The notes under the pieces were generated by a model, which was not told the DNA's origin, searched no databases, and saw only the letters and a list, made by a program, of their open reading frames with translations. A DNA stretch of 64,000 nt from an uncultured Gemmatimonadales bacterium. GTDB taxonomy: Bacteria; Gemmatimonadota; Gemmatimonadetes; Gemmatimonadales; Gemmatimonadaceae. Location of the stretch: contig OY969695.1 of assembly GCA_963701965.1 (NCBI GenBank), positions 3,744,001 through 3,808,000 of the forward strand. Direction: 5' to 3'. Shown here one piece after another: positions 49,096 through 59,203 of this stretch. A program made the translations under genes and the position numbers. How positions within the stretch are numbered: the stretch's first letter is position 1; each line of letters starts with the position of its first letter.

Positions 49096-49578
49096 TCAGC
49101 GCTCCCAGGCGACGGACTGAACGGCCGCGTCCATCCGGTCCTCGAGCGTCGTCAGATCGGCGGGCGAAAACGGCGACCCGACGTCGTGCGAGACAGTCTT
49201 GACCTTGTCGTTGAGGCGCCAGGACGTAATCGCCACGGGGTTCTGGCTCAGACCGCCGCCGTACGCACCGTTCAACGCGAAAAAGTCGATCTTCTTGAAG
49301 CCGGCCTGGATGTCGTCCAGAGTCCGCCGGTCGACCGTCGCGTGCCACTGGCCGGCCTTACTCGAGTTGGCCTTGCCGTCGTACACGACTATACCGTCGC
49401 TGAAGAAGGACAGCTTGTATTCGGCGCACTGTCCCTTGCACTGGGTCCGTTCCAGCGTGAAGATGGGCGGCTCGGCCGGGGCCTTGACCGCCGTCTTCGT
49501 CCGTCCCTGTGCCGACACGACGTCCGATGTGGCACACAGCAATGCGAGCGACAGCATCGCTGTGATACGAGCTGACAT
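49096..49578 (-). CDS. DUF6438-like exported protein
   Basis: Signal peptide, LERTQCKGQCAEY..DG.V.YDG; GGAG RBS. Confidence 0.7.
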   Translation of the reverse strand: MSARITAMLSLALLCATSDVVSAQGRTKTAVKAPAEPPIFTLERTQCKGQCAEYKLSFFSDGIVVYDGKANSSKAGQWHATVDRRTLDDIQAGFKKIDFFALNGAYGGGLSQNPVAITSWRLNDKVKTVSHDVGSPFSPADLTTLEDRMDAAVQSVAWER

Positions 49579-49630
49579 AGCCGATCTCCAGTGGGTCAGG
49601 TGCCCCGTCACTTACATGACGAAGCTCCGC

Positions 49631-50017
49631 CTAGGAGATAACCGGACTCGCGGTCACGGGTACGCCAGCGCGCTCGGCAATGATCTGGCCCAGCCGCTCG
49701 TCAACGCCAAAGGCGTCAGTCACGCGCCAGTGGACCCGGGGGTGGGCCGCGGCAGCCTCGGCGACGAGCCGCGGGATGTCACCAGTCGAATGTTTGCCCG
49801 GGGAGAGCATATACGGGAAGGCGACGACCTCGGTGGCGCCGGCCGCGACGCAGGCCGCGAACCCCTGGGCGATCGAGGGCTCGGCGATCTCCATGTGCGC
49901 GTACCGCACCAGCACGGCGTCGCCCACTTGGTGCTGCACGACGTCGGCCATGGAGGCCAACATGGCGTTGGCCTCGTCGCGCCGCGACCCGTGATCGATG
50001 AGCAGGATGGCCTTCAT
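49631..50017 (-). CDS. Short CbiX/SirB-type chelatase
   Basis: LLIDHGSRR, AHMEIAEPSI, PYMLSPGKH..DIP. Confidence 0.85.
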   Translation of the reverse strand: MKAILLIDHGSRRDEANAMLASMADVVQHQVGDAVLVRYAHMEIAEPSIAQGFAACVAAGATEVVAFPYMLSPGKHSTGDIPRLVAEAAAAHPRVHWRVTDAFGVDERLGQIIAERAGVPVTASPVIS

Positions 50018-50027
50018 GGCTTTTACT

Positions 50028-51917
50028 CTATTCGCGCAACACGTCGAGCGCCAACTCGACCTTCCCGAACGGCGCCGATACCTGGACGCCCTGCACCGCA
50101 CCCCGGACCTGGGCCAGCATCTCGCGCGCGACCGCGATCCCCTCGGCGACCGCGTGCTCCTTCGACCGCTCGTTCGCCCGCCGCATCCGCGCGATCACCG
50201 CTTCGGGCACCGTCACGCCCGGCACTTCGTTGGCCAGAAACTCGGCGTTCCGCAACGAGACCAGCGGCCAGATCCCCGCGATCACCGGGATGGGCGGGGA
50301 TGTGTCCATGAAACGCATCAACTGGGCGACGTCGAACACCGGCTGCGTGATGGCGTACTCCGCCCCGGCCTCGACTTTCCACGCAAAGCGACGCTGCTCT
50401 TCCGCGGCGTCCAGGGCCGCGGGGTTGACGCCGACGCCGATCGCGAACCGCGTCGGCGCGCCGATCGGGTTCCCGCCGGGATCGAGCCCGGAATTGAGGC
50501 GCGACACGAGGTTCGTGAGGCCGATCGAGTCGATGTCGAAGACCGCCGTTGCATCGGGGTAGGGACCCATTTTCGGCGGGTCGCCGGTGATGAGGAGCAG
50601 GTTCTTGAGTCCCATCGCCGAAGCGCCCAGCAGGTCGCTCAACATCCCGAGGAAGTTGCGGTCCCGGCAACAGTAATGCGTGACCGTCTCCAAACCCGGC
50701 ACCTGCTGCTGGATGAGGATGCTCACCAGCACCGCGCTCATCCGGCTCTGGGCGCGCGGGCCGTCCGGCACGTTCACCGCGTCCACGCCCGCGTCCCGCA
50801 ACGCCGACACATCCTTGAGCATCCGCGACGCGTCGACGCCCCGTGGCGGCACGATCTCCACGGACGACACAAAAGTGCCCTTGGCCAGTTTGGCGGCGAG
50901 TCGCGACCGCTCGGCGAACGGTACGGGTTCGACTCCGGAGGCGTCGACCCGGGGAAGCGCGCCACTCAAACGCCCCCGACCCGCCGAGACCGCCACGGTC
51001 GCGTGACGGGGCGCAAGCGGCCGCACGCCCTCAGCCATGGCCCGCGTATGCTCGGGGGTCGTACCACAACACCCCCCCACGACCCGCGCGCCGGCTTGGA
51101 TGAGATGCCGCGCATACGTCGCCATGTACTCGGGACTCGCCATGTACATGCTGCGCCCGCCGACGTCGCGCGGCATCCCGGCATTCGGTTGCGCCGAGAG
51201 CTTCCGCCGCGTGACCGGCGTCATCTTCTCGATAGCGTCGAGGATGGCCTGGGGCCCCACCGAGCAGTTGAGGCCAATGATGTCGGCGCCCAGCCGGTCG
51301 AGCGCGATCGCGATGTCGGCCGGCCGCACGCCGTAGGGCGTGAGCCCATCGATGCTGATCGTCATCTGCGCGATGATCGGCATGGTGGGGTCGACCTCGC
51401 GCGCCGCCCGTATCGCCTGCTCGATCTCATCGAGATCGCCGAACGTCTCGGCGATGAAGATGTCGGCACCGCCTTCGGCCAGCGCTTCCATCTGCTCCCG
51501 GAAATACCCCCGCGCCTCGTCGCGGCTCGTCGGCCCGTAGGGTTCGATACGGAGGCCGAGCGGCCCCACGGCCCCGGCCACGAGCATCGCGTCGCCGGCC
51601 GCCTCACGCGCCAGGCGCGACGCCGCGACGTTGAACGCGCGCACCTGATCCTCGAGGCCATACTGCGCCAGCTTCGGCCGGTTGGCGCCAAAGCTGTTGG
51701 TCTCCAGTATCTCGGCGCCCGCGCGCGCGTACTCCTCGTGCACCCCGCGCACCAGATCGGGGGCGCGCACGTTGAGCTCATCGTAACACTGATTGATGAA
51801 CACGCCCTTGGCGTACAACACCGTGCCCATCGCCCCATCGAAGATCGACACGCGTTCCGGATCGAGCAGCCGGTCGAGGAGCGCCCGGCGCGAGGCGGGC
51901 GCCACCGTCGCGGTCAC
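50028..51917 (-). CDS. yitJ: Bifunctional homocysteine S-methyltransferase / methylenetetrahydrofolate reductase
   Basis: DGAMGT, GLNCSVGP, PNAG, GGCCGTTP; SVEIVPP, HYCCRDRN, ITGDPP, ITQPVF. Confidence 0.92.
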   Translation of the reverse strand: MTATVAPASRRALLDRLLDPERVSIFDGAMGTVLYAKGVFINQCYDELNVRAPDLVRGVHEEYARAGAEILETNSFGANRPKLAQYGLEDQVRAFNVAASRLAREAAGDAMLVAGAVGPLGLRIEPYGPTSRDEARGYFREQMEALAEGGADIFIAETFGDLDEIEQAIRAAREVDPTMPIIAQMTISIDGLTPYGVRPADIAIALDRLGADIIGLNCSVGPQAILDAIEKMTPVTRRKLSAQPNAGMPRDVGGRSMYMASPEYMATYARHLIQAGARVVGGCCGTTPEHTRAMAEGVRPLAPRHATVAVSAGRGRLSGALPRVDASGVEPVPFAERSRLAAKLAKGTFVSSVEIVPPRGVDASRMLKDVSALRDAGVDAVNVPDGPRAQSRMSAVLVSILIQQQVPGLETVTHYCCRDRNFLGMLSDLLGASAMGLKNLLLITGDPPKMGPYPDATAVFDIDSIGLTNLVSRLNSGLDPGGNPIGAPTRFAIGVGVNPAALDAAEEQRRFAWKVEAGAEYAITQPVFDVAQLMRFMDTSPPIPVIAGIWPLVSLRNAEFLANEVPGVTVPEAVIARMRRANERSKEHAVAEGIAVAREMLAQVRGAVQGVQVSAPFGKVELALDVLRE

Positions 51918-54900
51918 GCGGCCGCCTCCGCCGCCGCGGTCCGCACCGCGTAGTACTTGGCCTCGGGATGATGGACGATGAGTGCGGCGGTCGACTGTTC
52001 CGGCAGCAGTTGGAACGCCGACGTCAGCGACATGCCAAGGCCCGATTCGGCGGGCAAGAGACGAAATACCGTGGCATGATCATCGAGGTCGGGACAGGCG
52101 CCGTACCCCCACGAGTAGCGTTTGCCCCTCCCGTCGGCCAACCCCAGCTCGCGCCGCGCGCGCCGGTGCATCCACTCGGCCACGGCTTCGGCGGCCTCGA
52201 CCGCCAGGCCGTGGGCGTAGTACGCCTCGGTCACCTGACCCGCCGCGGTCAGCGCGTCGACGTGTGTCGTCGCCTCCGCGCCCACGGTCACGATCTGAAA
52301 GCCGACGACGTCCACGTCCCCGGATTCCACCGATCGGAAGTAATCGGCGAGGCACAACCGCTCACGCCCGGCCTGACGCGGAAAATGCAACCGCCCAATT
52401 TCCCGCAACGACCCGCCATCGCTCTCGTACGCCGCCGGATCATAGAGAACCAAGTCATTGCCGCTCGACTGCGCGGGGAAATAGCCGTAGGCGGCGCGCG
52501 GCACCAGCCACTGGTCGCGCGCGGCTGCCGCCGTGAGCCGGGCCAGCGTGGGCTCGAACTCGGCGCGCACGGTGGCATCGAACGCGGGCCCGGACCCCCG
52601 GCCGCCCCACTGCAGCCGGTATAACTCGTCGAGATCGAGCAGCGCGAACACCTCCGCGAGGGGGATGTCGCGCAGCACGCGGGTCCCGAAGAATGGCGCC
52701 CGGGGCACGGGATGGTTGGCGCTCACATCACTCCGGCCCGTGGCGTCGGTGCCGGCCGCGACGTCCTTGCCGACCGTCGTCTGCAGAAAGACGTCGGTCC
52801 GCGCCGCCCGCAAGCACTCCGCGACCATGCGCTCGCGGCGGGGGCCATCCATCAGGGCCTCCATCGTGTCGAGGCCCTCGAAGGCGTCCTTGCAGTAGAA
52901 CACGCCGGGCGCGTACGGGCGCTCGCCTTCGACGAACAAGGCGCGCCGTCCGAACCGGCGGTTGATCGCGGCGCCACCGATGAGCACCGGGTAGTCGAGA
53001 CCGCGGCGATCCAACTCCTGCACGCAGAGCGGCATCTGCTTCGACGTCGACACCAGAAGGGCCGAGAGCCCGATCGCGTCGGCCCCGACCTCCTGGGCCT
53101 TGTCGATGATCGTGTTCACCGGCACCTGCTTGCCGAGATCGTACACCGTGTAGCCGTTGTTCGACAAGATCGTGTTGACCAGCGACTTCCCAATGTCGTG
53201 CACGTCGCCGTACACCGTCGCCAGCACGACCTTCCCTTTCGTGTACCCCTCGGATTTCTCCAGAAACTGCTCCAGGTACCTCACGGCCTTCTTCATCACT
53301 TCCGCGCTCTGGAGCACGAACGGCAGGATCAGCTCGCCAGCGCCGAACTTGTCTCCGACTTCTTTCATGGCCGGCAGCAAAACGTCGTTGAGCACGCGGA
53401 CCGGTTGTTCCCGCACGCCCGCGAGATCCAGTTGCTCTTCGATGCCGTCTTTCTTTCGATGGACGATCTGCCAGTGGATCCTCTGATCCGGCGTCATGCC
53501 AGCCGTCGGATCGTCTTTCTGCTGCGCTCCGCCGGACGTCACGCCGGCAAAGTGTTCGATATAGCGCTGCAGCGCATCGGGACGACGATTGAACACCAGA
53601 TCGTCGGCCAGTGCGCGCTCGGTCTCCGGGATCTCGGCGTAGGGACGGACGTGGGCCGGATTGACGATGGCGGCGTCGAGGCCGGCCGCCACGCAGTGGT
53701 GCAGGAACACGGAGTTGAGCACCGCGCGCGCCGGCGGGGTCAGGCCGAACGAGACGTTGGAGACGCCGAGCACCGTGAGCACACCCGGGAGCTCGCGTTT
53801 GATGAGCCGGATGCCTTCGATCGTCTCCGATGCCGAGTCGATCCACTCGGCTTCGCCCGTGGCCAGCGTGAACGTGAGCGCGTCGAAGATGAGATCGGAC
53901 GAGACGAGGCCGTATTCCCGCGTCGCGATGTCGTGGATCCGGCGCGCGATCTCGAGCTTCCGGTCACGCGTCCGCGCCATCCCTGTCTCGTCGATCGTGA
54001 GCGCGACGACGGCCGCGCCGTGCTTCCGCACCAGCGGCAGTACGTCCTCGATCCGCTTGCGCCCGTTCTCCATGTTGATGGAGTTCACGATGGCGCGGCC
54101 GGGCACGTGCTCGAGCGCCCGCGCGATGACGGCGGGCTCCGTCGAGTCGATCATGAGCGGCGAGTCCACGCTCATCGACAGCAGTTTGACGGTGGCGGCC
54201 ATCTGCTCCGCCTCATCGCCGCGTTCCGTGAGCGCGACGCACACGTCGAGGACGTGCGCGCCGGACTCCGCCTGCTCGCGGGCCACGTGCAACAGGCCCT
54301 CGTAGTCGTCCGCCAACAGCAGTTGCTTGACCTTGCGCGACCCTTGCGCGTTCAGCCGCTCGCCGATCAGGAGCGGTGGTGGGTCCTGGTGCAGGGTGAT
54401 CGCCCGCATCGCGCTCGATACCCGCGGGACGTGATGGCGCTGCGGCTGGCCATTGCCGGAATGCGAAGACCGCACGGCGGCGACGATGGCCCGCAGATGG
54501 TCCGGCGTCGTGCCGCAACACCCGCCCACGATCCGCACGCCGAATTCGTGGACGAACTGCCCGAGGGCCGCGGCCATCGGGTCCGGCTCCAGCGGATACA
54601 CGGCGTCGCCCGTGCCGGTATTGAGCGGGAGCCCCGCATTCGGAATGACGGAGATCGGGCGGGACGCGTGCTCCGTCAGATACCGGACCGGCTCGCGCAT
54701 GTGTTCGGGGCCGGTCGAGCAGTTGAGCCCAATGACGTCGATGGGGAGGGCTTCCAGCGTCGTCATGGCGCTCGCGATGTCCGTGCCCAGCAGCATCCGC
54801 CCGCTGGTATCGAGCGTCACCTGGACTTGCAGCGCCACGCGGCGTCCGAGCTCGGCGAACAACTGCTCGATGCCGGCCACCGCAGCCTTGACCTCCAGGA

Positions 54901-55418
54901 TGTCCTGCGACGTCTCGACCAAGAGGACATCCACGCCGCCTTCGACCAGGTACTTGGCCTGCTCGTAGTAATTCCGGCTCAATTCGTCGAACGTGATGGC
55001 CGACAACGCCGGATCGCTGCTCGACGGGAGCATGCCCGTCGGCCCGATCGAGCCCGCGACGAACCGGGGCTGCTGTGGTGTCGTGTATACGTCGCACGCG
55101 GCGCGGGCGAGTCGGGCCGCCGTCACGTTGACGTCCCGCACTTTCTCGCCAATGCCCCATTCGGCCAGCCGCCGTGGGGTCGACTGGAACGTGCAGGTCT
55201 CGACGACGTCGCACCCGACCGCCAGGAACGACTCGTGGATCCCCTGGATCACGTCCGGCCGGGTGAGCACGAGAATGGTCGTTACACCCCTCGAGCGCCT
55301 TGCCGCCGAAGTCGGCCGCGGCCAGGTGATGGCGCTGGATGTTCGTGCCCATTGCCCCATCGTAGATGAGGACGCCGGATTCGAGCGCTGCGAGATACGG
55401 AAGATTCGTCAAAGACAC
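51914..55418 (-). CDS. metH: B12-dependent methionine synthase, +1 frameshift at 55274-55275
   Basis: YDGAMGT, GLNCSTGP, GGCCGTTP, IGERLN, GDVHDIGK, RYSWGYGACP; removing one base restores EGCNDHLVLTRPD. Confidence 0.93.
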
Positions 55419-55428
55419 CCCGATAACG

Positions 55429-55453
55429 AAAAACCGGCCGCTGAAGCGGCCGG
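55429..55453 (-). terminator. Intrinsic terminator in the metH leader
   Basis: CCGGCCGC-UUCA-GCGGCCGG-UUUUU. Confidence 0.8.
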
Positions 55454-55461
55454 GTGGCGGG

Positions 55462-55511
55462 CGCTTTAGCGGTTTGTTTTACGTGGCCGCAATTCGCGTA
55501 AATCGCCACGG
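55462..55511 (-). ncRNA. SAM-II riboswitch aptamer
   Basis: CCGUGGCGAUUUACGCGAAUUGCGGCCACGUAAAACAAACCGCUAAAGCG: P1 CGUGGC/GCCACG, GAUUU, UUGC, GCUAAA; upstream of metH. Confidence 0.85.
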
Positions 55512-55549
55512 TGAGCAGTTGTTCCCAACGGACGTAACGTATCCGGCGG

Positions 55550-56308
55550 TCAACGCTTGTGCAACAGCACGAGTTCGTAGGGCGCGAGCGGCGACGGGAG
55601 ACGCCGCGGGCGCGGGTGGCGCTCCGGATGGTCGGGGAGATCAGCCAGCGCCCGCTGCACGCGCTGGCGTCCGCCTTTGAAGTCCGTTTCCGGATCGATG
55701 CCCACGAGCGTCCGATACAGCGCATCGGCCCACCGCAAAATGCGCGGGGTCACGCAGACGACCCGGCCGCCGGGGCGCGTGACGCGGAGCGACTCCACCA
55801 GGCACGCCTTGGGGTCATCCATGAACTCCAGCGCGCTGACAATGACGACCGCGTCGAACGCGCCGTTGCGATACGGCAACGTCATGCCGCTGCCTTGCGC
55901 CGCCGTCAGGTGGATCCCGTCCTGGTCCAACTGCCGGCTGACGGCCGCCCCATGGGCGTGAATGTCGATGCCGAAGAGCGTTTTGGCGCGGCTCGCCAGC
56001 GTGTACATGAATACGCCGCTCCCATAGCCGATCTCCAGCACGGACCCGACCGATGCGGGCAACGCGTCACGCACCCAACGGAGCCGCTCGCGGAGGACCA
56101 TGCCCATGCCCCCGCCGTAGTAGTGGTCGACGTAGTCGACTGGGCCCGTCTGCGGCAGGTGTCCGGGCGGCGGCAAGACGAGATCCCCGTGCAGCACCGG
56201 TTCGGTGGACTGCCGCAGTGGCACCTCCCGCTCGACAATGCCGGGTTGTCGCGGGCTCGCGGCTGGGTCACGACGGACGGGTTCGGTCGGATTCTCGGAA
56301 GGGCGCAT
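55550..56308 (-). CDS. Class I SAM-dependent methyltransferase
   Basis: VLEIGYGSG, LPYRNGAFD, RVTRPGG. Confidence 0.85.
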   Translation of the reverse strand: MRPSENPTEPVRRDPAASPRQPGIVEREVPLRQSTEPVLHGDLVLPPPGHLPQTGPVDYVDHYYGGGMGMVLRERLRWVRDALPASVGSVLEIGYGSGVFMYTLASRAKTLFGIDIHAHGAAVSRQLDQDGIHLTAAQGSGMTLPYRNGAFDAVVIVSALEFMDDPKACLVESLRVTRPGGRVVCVTPRILRWADALYRTLVGIDPETDFKGGRQRVQRALADLPDHPERHPRPRRLPSPLAPYELVLLHKR

Positions 56309-56398
56309 GAAGGTCACCCCTCAATAGTGTCAAGCAGCCTCGATAGTTGGATGGTCGAGGCCTTTGTGACAGCACTGAGGCAAGTCACGCGCCTTTCG

Positions 56399-56998
56399 TC
56401 ACATGATCTCGTGCAAAAACGCCCACTGCAGGAAGCTCAGGAGGAAGTAGGCCACGATCGGCGTGATGTCGAACATGCCAACCGTCGGCACGACACGCCG
56501 TAATGGCTTGATCAGCCATTCCGTGAGCACGAACGACCAGCGCACCCATTTCGAGTACGGCGAAATGCGGATCCAGGAGGAGGCCACGCGCACGATCAGG
56601 GCGACCTGCAGGAGCTCGAACATCCAACCGACGAAAAGGGCCACCGTGGACCGGGGTCCGCCGGCGACCGCGCTGAACAAACCGATGATCAATCCCCGCA
56701 GCGCGTCGAGGACGCTCAACAGTACGATCCCGCCCACGACGACCGCGACCAACGCCCACCAGGGTGCGGAGCTGGGCAGCCCTCCGGCGCGCACGACGGC
56801 ACGCTCGACTGGCGCGATCGCGGGATCGACCATTGTGCGGAAAAATCGGGCGGGTGGGCTGAACGGGTTGAGGCGGCGCGTGCGCACGAGCCAATCGCCC
56901 GCGCACGCGAGCCCGGTGAGCACGCCCACGCCGAGCACCAGATACCGGGCGGCGACGAGGGCGACGTCGAGCGCGCTAACGATCGTGTTGGCGTCCAT
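56399..56998 (-). CDS. yggT: YggT family membrane protein
   Basis: VRVASSW..SPY..LTEWLIKPLRRVVP..GMFDITPIVA. Confidence 0.85.
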   Translation of the reverse strand: MDANTIVSALDVALVAARYLVLGVGVLTGLACAGDWLVRTRRLNPFSPPARFFRTMVDPAIAPVERAVVRAGGLPSSAPWWALVAVVVGGIVLLSVLDALRGLIIGLFSAVAGGPRSTVALFVGWMFELLQVALIVRVASSWIRISPYSKWVRWSFVLTEWLIKPLRRVVPTVGMFDITPIVAYFLLSFLQWAFLHEIM

Positions 56999-58241
56999 GG
57001 ATATAGAAGGATACTCCGTAGGCGAGGCCAAGCTCGATGACGGCGGCAAGCCAGACGTGAGAAGAGGCCGCGGGCGATCCGGCGAAGAGAGGGATGATAG
57101 CGAATGACCCCGCGAACGTGGCAGCCGGAACGCCGGCGCGGATCCAGGCGGCCCAGCCGGTCCGGGCGAGCCAATAGCCGAGGGGCCCAAAGGCCAACCC
57201 GAGCCAGACGATGGTGACGAGGCCGTTGAACTGGGCCTGTTTGCCGTACGAATCGTTGATGAGGAGCCGCCAACCCTGCCACGCGCCCGCGTCCGGCCGC
57301 GAACTGGCTACGCGCCCACCCCGCTCGGTGGAGAGCACGACTCCGCGCCGGTCGACGGTGGCGGCAATGCGCACGGTGTCGTTCACGCTCGGCCGATCGC
57401 AGGGGATGACTCCGTGCAGGCAATGGGCCGGTGAGTGCAACCGGAGGTCATCGAGGCGCGTGCGCACGCCGAACACGAGGTCCGACCCCGCGCACGCCAC
57501 CATGAAGATCTCCTCCTGCTGCTTGTCGAAGACGCCGACAATGGGCGCGACCCGGCCGATGCTGGGCGCGGCGACAGTGATGACGTTGACGCGCGCGACG
57601 CCGCGCAGAAAATCGGAACGCATGGCGGCGCTCGCCGAGTCCGAGAGTCGTCCCGTCGCGAAGGGCCGGCCGTTGTACTCGGCGGACACGATCTGACCAC
57701 GGTATTTCCCGTAGCGCGGCAGGTCGGCGGCGACTTGCTCCCAATACACCGCCCGCGGCAGCGAGGGGCGCGTGACCAGCGGCAGTGCGAGCCCGAGCGC
57801 CAGCCACGCGCCGGCGGCACCGAGCGCGAGCCGCCGGCTCTCGACGGGGGTTGGCGTGAACAGCAGCGGCAGCGCGTCGGCGAGGAACGCGCCACACAGC
57901 GCGCCGATCGGGTTCGAGACCATGTCGTTGATGCCCGCTTCGCGTCCCGAGATGACGAAATCCTGCAGCGTCTCGATCGTCGTTGCCAGCGCGAGCCCGA
58001 GCACGAAGATGTGCCACCGCCGCAGTCCGAGCAGTCGCAGTCCGAGCCCGAGCGGAATGAACAGCGCGATGTTGAGCAGAAAGTCAGCGAAGCCAAACGA
58101 TCCACAGAACAGACAGGTATGGAATCCGAATGGCAGTGGCCCACCGAGTGGCCGCAACGTGAGGCGGGCGATAATGGCCAGCGAGCACAGACTCGTGGCA
58201 AACCCGAGCGCCTTCTGTTGCGTGCGCGCTACAGTAACCAT
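56976..58241 (-). CDS. VanZ-like membrane protein
   Basis: DFLLNIALFIPLG, IETLQ..GR..DMVSNPIG. Confidence 0.8.
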   Translation of the reverse strand: MVTVARTQQKALGFATSLCSLAIIARLTLRPLGGPLPFGFHTCLFCGSFGFADFLLNIALFIPLGLGLRLLGLRRWHIFVLGLALATTIETLQDFVISGREAGINDMVSNPIGALCGAFLADALPLLFTPTPVESRRLALGAAGAWLALGLALPLVTRPSLPRAVYWEQVAADLPRYGKYRGQIVSAEYNGRPFATGRLSDSASAAMRSDFLRGVARVNVITVAAPSIGRVAPIVGVFDKQQEEIFMVACAGSDLVFGVRTRLDDLRLHSPAHCLHGVIPCDRPSVNDTVRIAATVDRRGVVLSTERGGRVASSRPDAGAWQGWRLLINDSYGKQAQFNGLVTIVWLGLAFGPLGYWLARTGWAAWIRAGVPAATFAGSFAIIPLFAGSPAASSHVWLAAVIELGLAYGVSFYIHGRQHDR

Positions 58242-58333
58242 CGTATAAGTATGGAAGAAAGGGAGATAAGGCCCTCCAGCGGCTGGCACCGTAACTGCGA
58301 ATCGTTGGCAGTGAACGACTCGCGACCCTGACA

Positions 58334-59203
58334 ATGCTACACTCGAGAACCACCGCAATAAAGCACTTCTTTACCGTTGACGTGGAAGACTACTTCCAGG
58401 TCAGCGCGTTCGAGGGCGTCGTCTCACGCGATCAGTGGACGCGATTCCCGAGTCGCATCGAGGCATCCGTCGACCGGATTCTCGGGATCATGTCCCGGCG
58501 CGGCATCCGGGGCACGTTCTTCACGCTCGGCTGGATCGCCAAACATCACCCGTCCGTGGTGCGGCGCATTGCGGCCGAGCATCACGAGATCGCTTCGCAC
58601 GGTTGGTGGCATCAGAAGGTGACCACCTTGAGTCCCGACGCGTTCCGCGAGGACGTGCGTTCCGCCAAGAAAGAGCTGGAAGACGTGTGCGGGCGCGCCG
58701 TCGTCGGCTATCGGGCGCCCAGTTTCTCGATCGTGCCCGGTCGGGAGTGGGCATTTGATGTGCTGATCGAGGAAGGCTATGAGTACGATTCCAGCCTCTT
58801 TCCCGTGAATCGTTCGGACTACGGGTACCCCAGCGCGCCGCCCATCGCCCACGTCATCGAGCGCGCGGGTGGTCGACTGTGCGAGTTTCCGCTGGCGACC
58901 ACACTGTGGAATGGCGTGCGGATCCCGGCGGCCGGCGGGGGATATTTCCGCCATTTCCCGTACAACATCATCCAGCGCGCGTTTCGCGAGCACGGCAGGA
59001 GTGGCATGCCGGCGGTCTTCTACATCCATCCGTGGGAGATCGACCCCGAGCAGCCCCGCCTTCCCGTCTCGTTGCTCACCCGTGTGCGGCACTATCGCGG
59101 GCTGCGCAACACCGAGGAGCGCTTGGAGCGGCTCCTGGGCGAGTTCCAATTCACGTCGCTGAACGAAGGGTTGCGCAACGCCTTGTTGCCGCAGAGCGCG
59201 TGA
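58334..59203 (+). CDS. XrtA/PEP-CTERM system polysaccharide deacetylase (DUF3473)
   Basis: TVDVEDYFQV, HEIASHG..H, YRAPSFS, GGGYFR, FYIHPWEIDP. Confidence 0.92.
   Translation: MLHSRTTAIKHFFTVDVEDYFQVSAFEGVVSRDQWTRFPSRIEASVDRILGIMSRRGIRGTFFTLGWIAKHHPSVVRRIAAEHHEIASHGWWHQKVTTLSPDAFREDVRSAKKELEDVCGRAVVGYRAPSFSIVPGREWAFDVLIEEGYEYDSSLFPVNRSDYGYPSAPPIAHVIERAGGRLCEFPLATTLWNGVRIPAAGGGYFRHFPYNIIQRAFREHGRSGMPAVFYIHPWEIDPEQPRLPVSLLTRVRHYRGLRNTEERLERLLGEFQFTSLNEGLRNALLPQSA

Noticed and set aside
52712..55369. Long antisense ORFs (885 aa here; also 6948-9116, 10659-12662, 49998-51953, 2277-3755)
   Set aside because: Shadow frames of well-supported genes in high-GC DNA; Arg/Gly/Ala-rich with no motifs.
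55260..55418. metH as a true pseudogene or programmed frameshift
   Set aside because: All domains and the riboswitch are intact, there is no slippery heptamer, and the indel context recurs elsewhere, so sequencing error is more likely.
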